From an uncultured candidatus Porisulfidus sp. (lineage in GTDB: Bacteria; Pseudomonadota; Gammaproteobacteria; Poriferisulfidales; Poriferisulfidaceae), in contig OZ220480.1 of assembly GCA_965116025.1 (NCBI GenBank), forward strand, positions 1,824,001-1,888,000: 64,000 bases of DNA, given 5' to 3'. The notes beneath the pieces are model-generated. The model saw only the letters and a program-made list of their open reading frames with translations, did not search any database and was not told the DNA's origin. Position numbers and translations under genes: made by a program. Positions 10,305 to 19,874 of this stretch are shown piece after piece (the stretch's first letter is position 1; each line of letters opens with the position of its first letter).

Positions 10305-10561
10305 AAGCGCCTCTCTCGGGGGCGGTTTTTGACAATGAGACCTTACCGCGACTCATCGCCTCCACCGCCATTCTTCGGAGTGTTGCACTTGAAAGTTGAA
10401 ACTGGGGATGTTATATTTTTCCAGAATGAGGCGAATCGGATCTGGATCAATGACGTTTCTCTCTCGCCAACGTCAATCGCTTTTTCCTTCGGAGCTCCAG
10501 CAATCTGGAAATCGCCATAACGGACAGGATAACCCATGAAACGAAGAGTTTCCGATCTTCC

Positions 10562-10735
10562 TCACTCATCCTCTTCCTCAATCATGTCTTGATAATCCAG
10601 GTATCCGGCGACGATCCACGCGAGAACCGTAGACGCATAGAGAGTCAAGACGACCATGGCCGCCTCCGGGTAATATTCCAGAAGCAACAGGGGTGGCAAG
10701 GCGAAAGCGCATGCGAGCAATATCAGATAGCGCAT
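10562..10735 (-). CDS. Small 57-aa membrane protein (below the ORF-track cutoff)
   Basis: Hand translation MRYLILLACAFALPPLLLLEYYPEAAMVVLTLYASTVLAWIVAGYLDYQDMIEEEDE*; GGAGG (10744-10748) 8 nt before the ATG; two hydrophobic segments and an acidic tail. Confidence 0.7.
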   Translation of the reverse strand: MRYLILLACAFALPPLLLLEYYPEAAMVVLTLYASTVLAWIVAGYLDYQDMIEEEDE

Positions 10736-11071
10736 AGTTCATACCTCCATGCGGTGGTTATTCAAGGATTGAGGACCAAGAAGCCGTTCTTCGAAGTGAA
10801 AAGCTTGAAATGCGCGCCTGCCGGAGGCGGAAACGATGCCACGATAAGCCCTTCCAGCCATGCAGGCGATATCAACTGATCGGTGGTTTTGAATAATGGT
10901 TCAGACTTCGTGAGCTGGAAACCTCCCGGCTGATTTCCTCGCTCATGCCTCGGGAGGATTCTCAAGGCGCGCCAGCCCGGAATTCCAGATTAGCGAAGCG
11001 TTCAAGGATTCGTAATTTCACTGGTATATGCGACGTTCTTCCATAAAGCAATCTTTTTTGAGTGCACAAGC

Positions 11072-11100
11072 ATTTTACCAAATGCGCTTTCATTTGTCAA
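11072..11100 (-). promoter_or_regulatory. Near-consensus sigma70 promoter with an overlapping palindrome
   Basis: Minus strand TTGACA-17 bp-TAAAAT with TG extension; CAAATG-N6-CATTTG inverted repeat across the spacer. Confidence 0.75.
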
Positions 11101-11593
11101 GTCCTCTTACGCGTCGGAAATCTCTTTTGCTCGGCCCGAATCCCTTGGAGCATGAAAGATCGGATGACGCAAGCGGGCACTTCTGGAGTGGCTAATTAAA
11201 GCCTGACGAAACGGCGCTCTGGCATCGTGCTTCTTGGGTTCGCCACGCATGTCCACCCATGCTCTTGATTTGGGCGTTTGGACATGAGAGATGGTCTTGA
11301 CTGATCTCCCATAACCCCCGACGGCTGTTCTCGGACACCGCCTCCGTGTTGGCTTGACAGTGGACGTTGGCCTATTTCAACCAAAGCGAACTGAATATTG
11401 TGGAGATACATGCAAGGAAGCGCTGGTAACGCGTTTCCGAAGCGAATCCCGCGACTGGTCAAGACGAGAGAGCGTCCTCTTGATCCGAGCGTGACCAGCG
11501 AACCCCCGCGCGAGCACGAGCTTTCAGCAGGAAAAACCTTCGAAAGGCTTGATTTCGGATGGAACGATCATGTCGCATCTTCGCATCTCGCGC

Positions 11594-14500
11594 TCACCAT
11601 TGGAAGGAGGCGCGCAGGGCGATCCGGCTCTCGTCGCCGGTCTCCGCCTCCAGCGCCAGCGCCAGCGTCTCGCCACGGCGGTAGCGCGTCCCCAATCGCA
11701 GCAGCGCCAACCCGGACTCCTCCACCGACAGCCCCGCGTACGGCGTCGCCAGCCCCGCCCACGGCCCCGACAGCCCCTGACCCACCTCCGCCTCCAGCCG
11801 CGTCCGCGCCTCCGCCTCCCCCAGCCTCGCCGACGACCCCTCCCGCGCGAACAGCCGCGCCAGCCCGCTCCCCGCGTCGCCCCGACCCAGCGACAGCCGC
11901 AGCGACGGACCCCGACCGCTCGCCTCCGGCGTCACCGACATCCGCGCGCTCGCGCTCCACTCGTCGCGATCCGCCTCGTGCGCCACCAGCGCCCGCGTCC
12001 GAAACTCCACCGACATCCGGCCCGTCCCATCCAAGTACGACACGCTCGCCCCCAGCTCCGCCCCCGCCCCGTCCGTCGCGTCGCCCCCGTCGTAGCGCGC
12101 CCCCGCCTCCAGCGCCGGCGTCAGCCTGCCCCCGTCCTCCAACATCCGCTCCCGCGACCCCTCCAGCGCCAGCCGAACGCGGCTCGCGTCCACCGACAGC
12201 CCCTCCAGCCCGTCCTCCGCGTCCGTCCGCGCCCGCGCCAGCGAGCTCTCCCCCCGCAGCGCCAATCGCAGAACGTCTCCTCCCGCGCCCGAGCGCTCCG
12301 ACAGCGTCCGCCAGCCCCCCGCCGACGCGCTCCGCGTCCGCAAGTCCGCCTCCCGCGTCGCCTGACCGTCCTCCCGCACCCGAACCTTCCCGCGCCCGTA
12401 GCTCGCGCTCGCCCACAAGCTCGACCCGTCCTCCAAAAGCCACGCCACATACGGGCGCACCGACGCCAGCCGCGTCTCGTGCCGCCCCCGAACCCCGTCC
12501 GCCTCCGTGTCCAGATCGCCCTCCGCGTAGGACGCCGCCACCCCCGCCAGAACGTCCGGGCGCGCCCGGAAGTCCACCCCGGCGTGCGCCGACCACACCT
12601 CCCCGTCCCAGGACACCCCGTCCTCCGACCCGTCCAGCGACGACAGCGCCCCGCGAACCCAGACCGACGCCACCCGGCTCCCGTCCGCCCCGGTCAATCC
12701 CGTCGCCAGCGCCGTCCCGGACAACGCCGCCCGCCAGTCCAGCCCGTCCGCGCCCGCCCCCGACGCCAGCGCCGCGCCCAGGTCCAGCGCCTCCGGCTCC
12801 ACCCCCGACGCCGCGAGCTCGATCCGCCGCGCGATCACCCCGGTCGCCTGCGCCACCGCCGCCGCCAGCGCCTGCGGCAGCGCCGCCGCGTTCACCCGGC
12901 TCGCCCGCTCCGCCGCCCCCAGCCGGTCGCTCACTATCCCGTCCGCCAGAGCGTCCGCCCCCACCGCGTAGCCCGTCCCCGCCAGCAGCTCGACCCGGTA
13001 CGCCTCCTCCCCCTCCGACCCCTGATCCCCTGCCGTCGGGATCAGCACGATCCCCGCCATCCCCGCCTCCGCCCCGAAGTCCGCCTGGAAGTCCCGCGGG
13101 CCCAGCCCGCCCTCGATGTCCTCCGCGTCGAAGCCGCTCTCCTCCCGCGCCGATAAATTCAGGCGAACCGTCAGCATGCCCGTCACCGCCTTGTCCGACG
13201 CCACCGTCAGCCGGATCGCCTCCCCCTCCGCCGTCACCGACGGGTCCGCCGATAATTGCAGGATCGGCGTCGTCTCCGACACCGACACCGACACGTCCGA
13301 CAGCGTCGCGTCGTCGTAGCCCCCGCCCGCGGTCGCGTGCGTCAGCGTCACCGCCGCCTCCGCCTCCGCGTCCTCGTCCGCCGCCGCCGACACCGTCACC
13401 GTCACCGGAACGTTCCAAGTCGCCGTCGTGAACGTCAGGCTCGATGGCGCCGCCGACACGTCCCCCGACGCCCCGCCCACCGTCACCGTCACGCTCGCCG
13501 ACGGCTTCGTGTGCAGAACCACCGTGTACGAGCCGCTCCCGCCCTCCACGACCGTCAGCTCCGTCGGCGCCACCGTCCCCCCCGGATCGTCCTCCTTCAC
13601 CGACACCTCCACCGTCCCGACCGACACCGAGCCGTAGCCCCTGCTCGTCGCCACATGCGTCAGCCGCGTCGGCGGGTCCGTCATCGTGTCGTCGTTCTCC
13701 TCCACCGCCTCCACCGTCACCGTCTGGGCCGTCGACCAGTCCGCCGTCGTGAACGTCAGACTCGACGGCGTCGCCGTCACCTCCGCCGTCGTCCCGCCCA
13801 CCGACACCGTCACCGCCGCCAACGGCTTCGAGCTCAGAACCACCGTGTACGAGCCGCTATCCCCCTCCTCCAGCTCCAGCTCCATCGGCTTGAGGGTCAC
13901 TCCCGGCAGCGGCATCGGCGTCGCCTTCACCTGGTCCGACCACGACGACTGCACCCCGGGACGGACCGCGGCGAACAGGCGAAACGTGTATTTCGTGCCG
14001 TTCGTCAAACCCGTCACCTTGACGCTCGTCCGGCTCCCGCCCGTGAGCGTCGTGGTCGTGCTCCAGCCGCCCGAACTCTTGTACTGGTAACCCCAGCTCG
14101 TTATCGGAATGCCCGACAAGGCGTTCCAGCTCAGGGTGGCCGAGGCGTCGCTCCCCGCCGCCGTCAGAACCGGCTTGGGAACAGTATTCGTCGGCGTCGC
14201 CTTCACCTGGTCCGACCACACCGACTGCGCGCCGCTGCCGGTGCGGGCGAACAGGCGGAACGTGTATTTCGTGCCGACCGTCAGACCCGACACCCTGACG
14301 CTCGTCACGCTCCCGCCCGTGATCGTCGTGGTCCTGCTCCAGGAGCCGCCATCCGGCTTGTACTGGTAGCCCCAGATCGCGACCGTCACGCCCGACAAGG
14401 CGCTCCAGCTCAGGGTGACCGAGGCGTAACCCGCTTCGGCGCTCAGCTCCGGCTTGGGAACCGCCGCCGACGCCGACGGCGTCGCCTCCACCACCGCCGA

Positions 14501-15377
14501 CTGCCGCCCGTTGCCGCCACTGTTCCGCGCCCGAATGCGGAAGCGGTACTCCACATCGTTGTCCAGACCCGTCACCGTGTGCCGCACGGTGGCCGCGCCC
14601 GAACCGGAAATGGCGGTCCAGCCGCCCCAGGCGGCGCCGCCCTTCTTCTGCCGCAGCTGATACCGCGTGATCGAATCGTCGTCTGGATCGGTCCACGACA
14701 GCGTCACCCGCGCGTCGCCCGCCTCCGCCAACAACCCCGTCGGCGCCGCGGGTTTGGCGGCGCTGTCGTCGTCGTCCACGATGGTCAGGGTGAGCCTGCC
14801 GGAGGTCCAGCCGGTCTCGTAACCAAGCAGCTTGATGGTCTCGTTCGGCTCGTCCCGCGCGTCGCCGAGGATACGCACTTTCATCGTGCCCTGGGTCTCG
14901 CCTTCGGCGATCGAGACCGTGACGCTGGCCGGATAGCACCAGTCGGTATCCGCCGGGATCAGCGGCGCCGCGCAGGGGTCGCGCCCCTTGCTGGAGCCCT
15001 TGGCCGTGCCAGAGGGGAAGTCAGAAGTAACGGTAATCGAAAAGCCCGCCGGCGCCGCCTCGCCGAGCGTGACGGTGACCGTCACGTCCGTCGAGCCGGT
15101 ATCCCCCTCGGTGATCGAGGTCGACGACGCCGAAAGGGTGATGGTTTTGGCGGCGCGGGCGTTTTCGGGCGCGGCGAGCGCCACCAGCGCGAAGAAGACG
15201 CAGGCGAGTCCCGCCGTCAGGCGGCGGGCGACTCTCCCGAGGCCACCCACAGCCTCAGCCCCGCCCCCATATGAGGGGGGGGGGGGGGGGGGGGGCGATA
15301 AGCGAAGCCGGCGCGCTAACGGCGCTTCCCCGCGACGAGGTTCCGGCGGCGCGCCATCCATTCGTCATCATGCTCAT
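11594..15377 (-). CDS. Modular autotransporter adhesin (Calx-beta, 3x FN3, 2x Ig-like, Calx-beta-like, beta-barrel) with a poly-C tract in the leader
   Basis: The 1255-aa ORF is 11594..15361; SD-led ATGs at 15377/15371/15368 are in another frame. Signal-peptide-like LACVFFALVALAAPENARA, DARDEPNETI Calx-beta motif, FN3 motifs (VTLSW, GLTNGTKYTFRL), barrel ending RASFQW. Confidence 0.9.
13280..13900 (-). repeat. Two tandem Ig-like module repeats, 321-bp period
   Basis: cagaaccaccgtgtacgagccgct at 13514 and 13835; cgccgtcgtgaacgtcag at 13421 and 13742. Confidence 0.85.
13915..14460 (-). repeat. Two closely related tandem FN3 modules, ~276-bp period
   Basis: tcggcgtcgccttcacctggtccgaccac at 13915 and 14191; similarity continues through KYTFRLFA and WGYQYK. 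Confidence 0.9.
15275..15295. repeat. G21/C21 homopolymer (candidate slipped-strand phase-variation tract)
   Basis: 21 consecutive G on the + strand; the only long homopolymer seen in the window. Confidence 0.9.
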
Positions 15378-15435
15378 GGCTCCCTGTTCGTCATTGACTT
15401 CCGGCGCCAAACGCCAGCGGCGGTCTCGCCGGCGA

Positions 15436-15444
15436 ATTGTAGCA
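15436..15444 (-). promoter_or_regulatory. Extended -10 element for the autotransporter
   Basis: TGcTACAAT on the minus strand about 60 nt upstream of the SD-led ATG. Confidence 0.5.
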
Positions 15445-15541
15445 GAATAAGCATACTCACCATCTACTAGCGATCTCGCGCCCAGCCAGCTCCTAGAAAA
15501 AACAGATAGACGAATGGCCTCTCCGGGGCTGGACGAAATCC

Positions 15542-15568
15542 TTGAAACTGGCCCCTCCTTGCTAAAAT
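15542..15568 (+). promoter_or_regulatory. Putative promoter of the orf20-orf19-orf22 cluster
   Basis: TTGAAA-15 bp-TAAAAT with TG extension (TGcTAAAAT), 19 nt upstream of ATG 15588. Confidence 0.45.
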
Positions 15569-15587
15569 TTTGATCGGACTCTCGTTC

Positions 15588-17000
15588 ATGACCGAAAAAA
15601 TCCTGTTTCTGACCGGGCGGCTCGCCGAGCGTAGCCTGAATCGCGTGTTGGAAACCATGCAACCAACGGATTTCGCGTATGAGGTTCGCCAACTCGGCGC
15701 GAGCGTAGCCGCGCTGATGACTCCCAAGCTGATCGAGAAGCGCCTTGATCTACCGCCAGACATCGACCGCGTCATGCTTCCCGGACGGATGCGGGGGGAT
15801 CTGGAAGCGCTGGAAGCCAAGTTTGGAGTTCCATTCGAACGTGGACCTGACGAGCTCAAGGATCTGCCGACTCACTTCGGCCGGGTCACGACGGAGGAAG
15901 ACCTGTCTCGATACGACGTCCAGATCTTCGCTGAAATCACCGAGGCGCCCAACCTCAGCATGGACGCCATCCTGGCCCAAGCCCGCCACTATCAGGAGGA
16001 GGGCGCCGACATCATCGATATCGGTTGCTTGCCAGGAATCGAATTTCCGCACTTGGCCGATACCGTGAAAACGTTGAAGCGGGAAGACTTTTTGGTTAGC
16101 GTGGATTCGCTGGAGACGGAAAACCTGATTCTTGGTGGACAAGCCGGAGCGGATTTCCTTCTCAGTCTGCAGTCGGACAGTCTATGGGTCGCTGACGAGG
16201 TCGATTCCATTCCCGTGCTCATCGGAAACAGCAATACGGATCTCGAGTCGCTCTGCGCGTGCGTCGATCATTTCCTAGAGAAGGACCGACCTTTCATCGC
16301 CGATCCGATCCTAGACCCCATTCACTTCGGATGCGCCGATTCGATCGCTCGTTATGTCGAGCTTCGCCGCCGCTATCCGGACATTGAGATCCTGATGGGA
16401 GTCGGCAACCTGACCGAGCTGACTCACGCGGACACGGCCGGCATGAACGCTTTGCTGTTCGGACTGATTTCCGAGCTGAGCATCCGATACACCCTGACCA
16501 CGCAGGTCAGCGAGCATTGCCGCACGTCATTGCGCGAAGCGGACCGCGCCCGAAGAATCATGCGGGTGGCGGCCAAGCACGGAATCCCCCCAAAAGGCAT
16601 AGACGACCAGTTGATGATGCTGCACGAGCGACACCCTTATCCGTACAACCCGGAGGAGATCGCCGAGTTCGCCGCTCAGGTCAAAGACCGGAATTTCCGG
16701 ATCCGAGTCGCCGAGGACGGCGTTCACTTGTACAATCGGGATGGGGAGATCGTTCATACGGACCCGCTCGATTTTTACGAGGACTTGGACTTGGACGACG
16801 ACCCCGGCCACCTGTACTATTTGGGCATCGAGCTGACGCGAGCCCAAATCGCGTGGCAACTCGGGAAACGCTACGAGCAAGACGAAGAGTTCCTCTGGGG
16901 GTGCGCCGTGCGGGCGTCTTCCAAAGATTTGTCAGAATTTCGGGGAGTCGGCCCGACTCGCCAAAAGCGCAAGGAAAAAATGAAACACCGGAAATCCTGA
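15588..17000 (+). CDS. Dihydropteroate-synthase-like pterin-binding protein of H4MPT biosynthesis (Orf20-type, DUF6513 N-terminus)
   Basis: ILFLTGRLAE, GADIIDIGC, SVDS, DPILDPIHFG, MGVGNLTELT, HLYYLGIEL...YEQDE. Confidence 0.85.
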   Translation: MTEKILFLTGRLAERSLNRVLETMQPTDFAYEVRQLGASVAALMTPKLIEKRLDLPPDIDRVMLPGRMRGDLEALEAKFGVPFERGPDELKDLPTHFGRVTTEEDLSRYDVQIFAEITEAPNLSMDAILAQARHYQEEGADIIDIGCLPGIEFPHLADTVKTLKREDFLVSVDSLETENLILGGQAGADFLLSLQSDSLWVADEVDSIPVLIGNSNTDLESLCACVDHFLEKDRPFIADPILDPIHFGCADSIARYVELRRRYPDIEILMGVGNLTELTHADTAGMNALLFGLISELSIRYTLTTQVSEHCRTSLREADRARRIMRVAAKHGIPPKGIDDQLMMLHERHPYPYNPEEIAEFAAQVKDRNFRIRVAEDGVHLYNRDGEIVHTDPLDFYEDLDLDDDPGHLYYLGIELTRAQIAWQLGKRYEQDEEFLWGCAVRASSKDLSEFRGVGPTRQKRKEKMKHRKS

Positions 17001-17575
17001 TGCCGAAAATCCTGGAAAGCGTCGTGACGACGCGCGACGCCAGCGACCGGACGCATATCGCGCCAATGGGCGTGCGCGTCCTTGACCGAAGGCTTTTGCT
17101 CAAGCCATTTCGCCCTTCGCGCACTCTGGAAAATCTCCAGCGAGAAGGTTGCGCGGTGGTGAATCGCCCGGATGACATCCGCGTGTATGCCGGGTGCCTG
17201 ACGGACCGCCGCGAGTGGCCCGTCACCAGTGCCGAGATCGTTCCCTGCCAGCGACTGGCGAGCTGCCTGTCTCACGCGGAAGTGGAAGTGGAGCGTTTTG
17301 ACGACGACCCGACGCGCCCCACCTTCACCTGCAAGGTCGTGCACGAGGTCGCTCACGCCCCATTTCAGGGCTACAACCGGGCGCAGGCGGCCGTTATCGA
17401 GCTAGCGATCCTGGTCAGCCGCCTGGACCGGCTGCCAAGCGAGAAAATCCATAACGAAATCGAGTACCTTGAGATCGCGATCCAGAAAACAGCCGGAGAA
17501 ACGGAACTGGAAGCGTGGCGTTGGCTGATGGAGAAAGTCCGCGAGCACGCCGCCCGCGAGGAGGCCAAATCATGA
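17000..17575 (+). CDS. DUF447 family protein (H4MPT-linked Orf19-type)
   Basis: TGATG coupling to the upstream stop; ESVVTT, HIAPMG, PFRPSRTLENL, GYNRAQAAVIELAILVSRL. Confidence 0.85.
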   Translation: MPKILESVVTTRDASDRTHIAPMGVRVLDRRLLLKPFRPSRTLENLQREGCAVVNRPDDIRVYAGCLTDRREWPVTSAEIVPCQRLASCLSHAEVEVERFDDDPTRPTFTCKVVHEVAHAPFQGYNRAQAAVIELAILVSRLDRLPSEKIHNEIEYLEIAIQKTAGETELEAWRWLMEKVREHAAREEAKS

Positions 17576-18312
17576 CTTATATTCTAGGAAGCGTCCGCGA
17601 CCCGAGAGAAGCGGAGCTGCTCCTCCAAACCTCCATCAGGATTTTGGATCTTAAAGATCCGGACCGAGGGGCGCTGGGCGCGGCGGACCCCGCGATAGCG
17701 CGTCAGATCGTGACGCGGGTCCGTGGGCGAAGAAGAGTCAGCGCGGCCGCCGGTTCGGCGGAAGACGACGACGCGCTGGGGCAGGCGCGCCGATTGTCCA
17801 CGGAAGGCGTCGACTTCGTCAAGATAGGATTCTCTCTCCAGTCCCAGCAAGCCCTGCTCCCTGAGTTTCGAGCCGCGATCAAGGCTCCAGTTCAAGCGGT
17901 CGCGGTGCTGTTCGCGGATCGCCCGGATATCGCCCCCATGCGGTGGATCGAGCCCGCCCGCGCGGCGGGTTTTTCCGGGTTGATGCTGGACACCGCTGAC
18001 AAGCGTTCCGGCTCGCTGGGCCGGCATCTGGATCTAGCCCGAGCGACGGACTGGGTACAAGCCACCCGGAAGGCGGGATTGCTGTGCGGGCTCGCGGGCC
18101 AGTTGGATTCCCGGACTGCCCGGCATTTCCTCCCCGCCCGTCCGGACTATTTGGGTTTTCGAGGAGCCTTGTGCGACCGCGCCGTCAGAACTGGACCGAT
18201 TTGCCTACGAACGACTCTCGCGTTGCTGGAGGATCTGCGCAAGTCCGGCGTGGAGATACCTTCTCCCACGCCCGGCGCGCGCCAGGACCCGATTTTCGAG
18301 CGCGCGTCGTGA
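17572..18312 (+). CDS. mfnB: (5-formylfuran-3-yl)methyl phosphate synthase-like protein (DUF556 / Orf22-type)
   Basis: ATGA coupling; LGSVRDPREA, DLKDPDRGALGA, VKIG, MLDTADK, GLAGQL, PDYLGFRGALC. Confidence 0.85.
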   Translation: MTYILGSVRDPREAELLLQTSIRILDLKDPDRGALGAADPAIARQIVTRVRGRRRVSAAAGSAEDDDALGQARRLSTEGVDFVKIGFSLQSQQALLPEFRAAIKAPVQAVAVLFADRPDIAPMRWIEPARAAGFSGLMLDTADKRSGSLGRHLDLARATDWVQATRKAGLLCGLAGQLDSRTARHFLPARPDYLGFRGALCDRAVRTGPICLRTTLALLEDLRKSGVEIPSPTPGARQDPIFERAS

Positions 18313-18340
18313 GCGTCACCGACAACGAATTCGATTTCGA

Positions 18341-19867
18341 TCATGACCTCGTCCAAAAACTTCGACCTCGCCGCTTTTTCCCATCGCGAAGGCACAGCGT
18401 GAGGATCAGCAAGGACAAAGCCGCATAGGGCCACTCGCCGAATCGCGCGTACGGAGCGCTTCCTTCTCGGGGTTGCGCCTCTCCCTCCAAAATGGCGGAG
18501 ACGAACTGCGGAGCCGTGGCCCGAAGGCTTCCGTCCGCGCCAATGATCGCGGTCACCCCGGTGCTCGCCACGCGAAGAAGATCCCGCGCGGTCTCCGCGG
18601 CGCGTGTCCGATTCGCTTCCAGATGCTGCCAGGGAGCTCGAGTTCTTCCGAACCACGCGTCGTTGCTCACGTTCACCAAGTAGACCGCCTCCGGGAAGGA
18701 TTGGCGAGTGATCGCCGGATACACCGATTCGTAGCAAATGGTCACCCCCACCGGGAGTCCCCGCACCTGAATCAGAGAGCGAGCGCGACCGGGAACGAGA
18801 GCGCGCATCCGGAAATGGATCCGCTGATACAACGGACCCAGCCATTCTCTCAGGGGAGAATATTCTCCAAAAGGCACCAAGCGGCGTTTCCCATAGGAGT
18901 GACCCGTATCGAGGTTCATTAGCCCATTGTGGGGCCCGGATCGGTTTTCAGCGCGATAGAAGACGCCCGCGAGCAAAGTGGCGCCGCCCTTCAGAGTCTC
19001 GTTTTTAATAGTTTCATAAAACTCTTCCACATCGCTGTAATATTTCGGGATCGCGGCTTCTGGCCAAATCACGAGCGCAGCGCCCTCCACCTGTTCCGTC
19101 ATGCTTCGGTACGCGTCCTGGATGCGGTCCAGATTCCTAGCCCTCCACCGCGCGTCTTGATCCAGATTCGGCTGGATCAGAGCCACCTTGATCGGCTCCC
19201 CGACAGGCTCGCTCCACGCGATGGAGCGCAACGCCTCCCCGCTCGCGACCATCACCGCCACGGCTCCCAACCACGCCACCCGCGCGGAAAACGGTCGAAG
19301 CGCCCATGCCGTCGTCCATGCGGCTGACAGCAAAAGCGCCAGCCCGGCTCCGTGGACTCCCAGCAAAGGCAGATAACCCGCCCAAGGGCTGTCGAGGCTT
19401 CCCTGCCCAACCAGAACCCACGGGAATCCGGTGAGCAAGGTTCCGCGCAACCATTCCGCCGCCGCCAGCAACACGGCCGCTCCCGTCAAACGCTTCACGC
19501 CTTCGGGCAGGAAGCGAGCGGCCAGCCAGGCCGCCAACATCGGATACAGGGACAGATAAAGCGCTAGCGTCGTGGCTAGCGCGACAGCGATCCACAACGG
19601 CGCGCTGGCATAGGTGTAGAGACTGTAATAAACCCAATAGATTCCGAAACCGAAATATCCCAGCCCGAACAGGCCGCCCCGCCTCGCGGCCGCCGCGGGC
19701 GATGCCGAATGCAACGCGCAAAAGAACAGGATCAGTCCGCCCCAGAGAGCGGGGCGAAAAGCGTATGGAGCGAAACCGAACGAGGCTACGGCACCACCCG
19801 CCAAACTGCCGAGGCTCGCCCACGGCCACCTGCCCAGCCCGCGCCAAAACCCCAGCGGACCGGACAT
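18341..19867 (-). CDS. lnt: Apolipoprotein N-acyltransferase
   Basis: EWLRG..TGFPW, WPEAA, KRRLVPFGEY, ICYE, SNDAWFG. Confidence 0.96.
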   Translation of the reverse strand: MSGPLGFWRGLGRWPWASLGSLAGGAVASFGFAPYAFRPALWGGLILFFCALHSASPAAAARRGGLFGLGYFGFGIYWVYYSLYTYASAPLWIAVALATTLALYLSLYPMLAAWLAARFLPEGVKRLTGAAVLLAAAEWLRGTLLTGFPWVLVGQGSLDSPWAGYLPLLGVHGAGLALLLSAAWTTAWALRPFSARVAWLGAVAVMVASGEALRSIAWSEPVGEPIKVALIQPNLDQDARWRARNLDRIQDAYRSMTEQVEGAALVIWPEAAIPKYYSDVEEFYETIKNETLKGGATLLAGVFYRAENRSGPHNGLMNLDTGHSYGKRRLVPFGEYSPLREWLGPLYQRIHFRMRALVPGRARSLIQVRGLPVGVTICYESVYPAITRQSFPEAVYLVNVSNDAWFGRTRAPWQHLEANRTRAAETARDLLRVASTGVTAIIGADGSLRATAPQFVSAILEGEAQPREGSAPYARFGEWPYAALSLLILTLCLRDGKKRRGRSFWTRS

Positions 19868-19874
19868 GCGCGCG

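Larger units (their letters stand above)
9075..10406 (-). mobile_element. Complete IS30-family insertion sequence (1332 bp)
   Basis: Perfect 26-bp terminal inverted repeats (cccagtttcaactttcaagtgcaaca 9075-9100 / 10381-10406) flanked by a 3-bp direct repeat GAT (9072-9074, 10407-10409); encloses one transposase. Confidence 0.95.

Noticed and set aside
9082-10520. 429-aa and 475-aa ORFs overlapping the IS30 transposase
   Set aside because: Alternative or antisense frames caused by GC-rich codon usage.
10343-10537. 64-aa ORF running into the IS30 end (possible disrupted gene)
   Set aside because: No SD, no motif, and no matching continuation recognised beyond the other IS end.
11398-15274. 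Long Pro/Arg/Gly-rich ORFs (11398-13431, 11549-13156, 11568-13418, 13256-15274)
   Set aside because: Shadow frames of the extremely GC-rich autotransporter; low complexity and no motifs.
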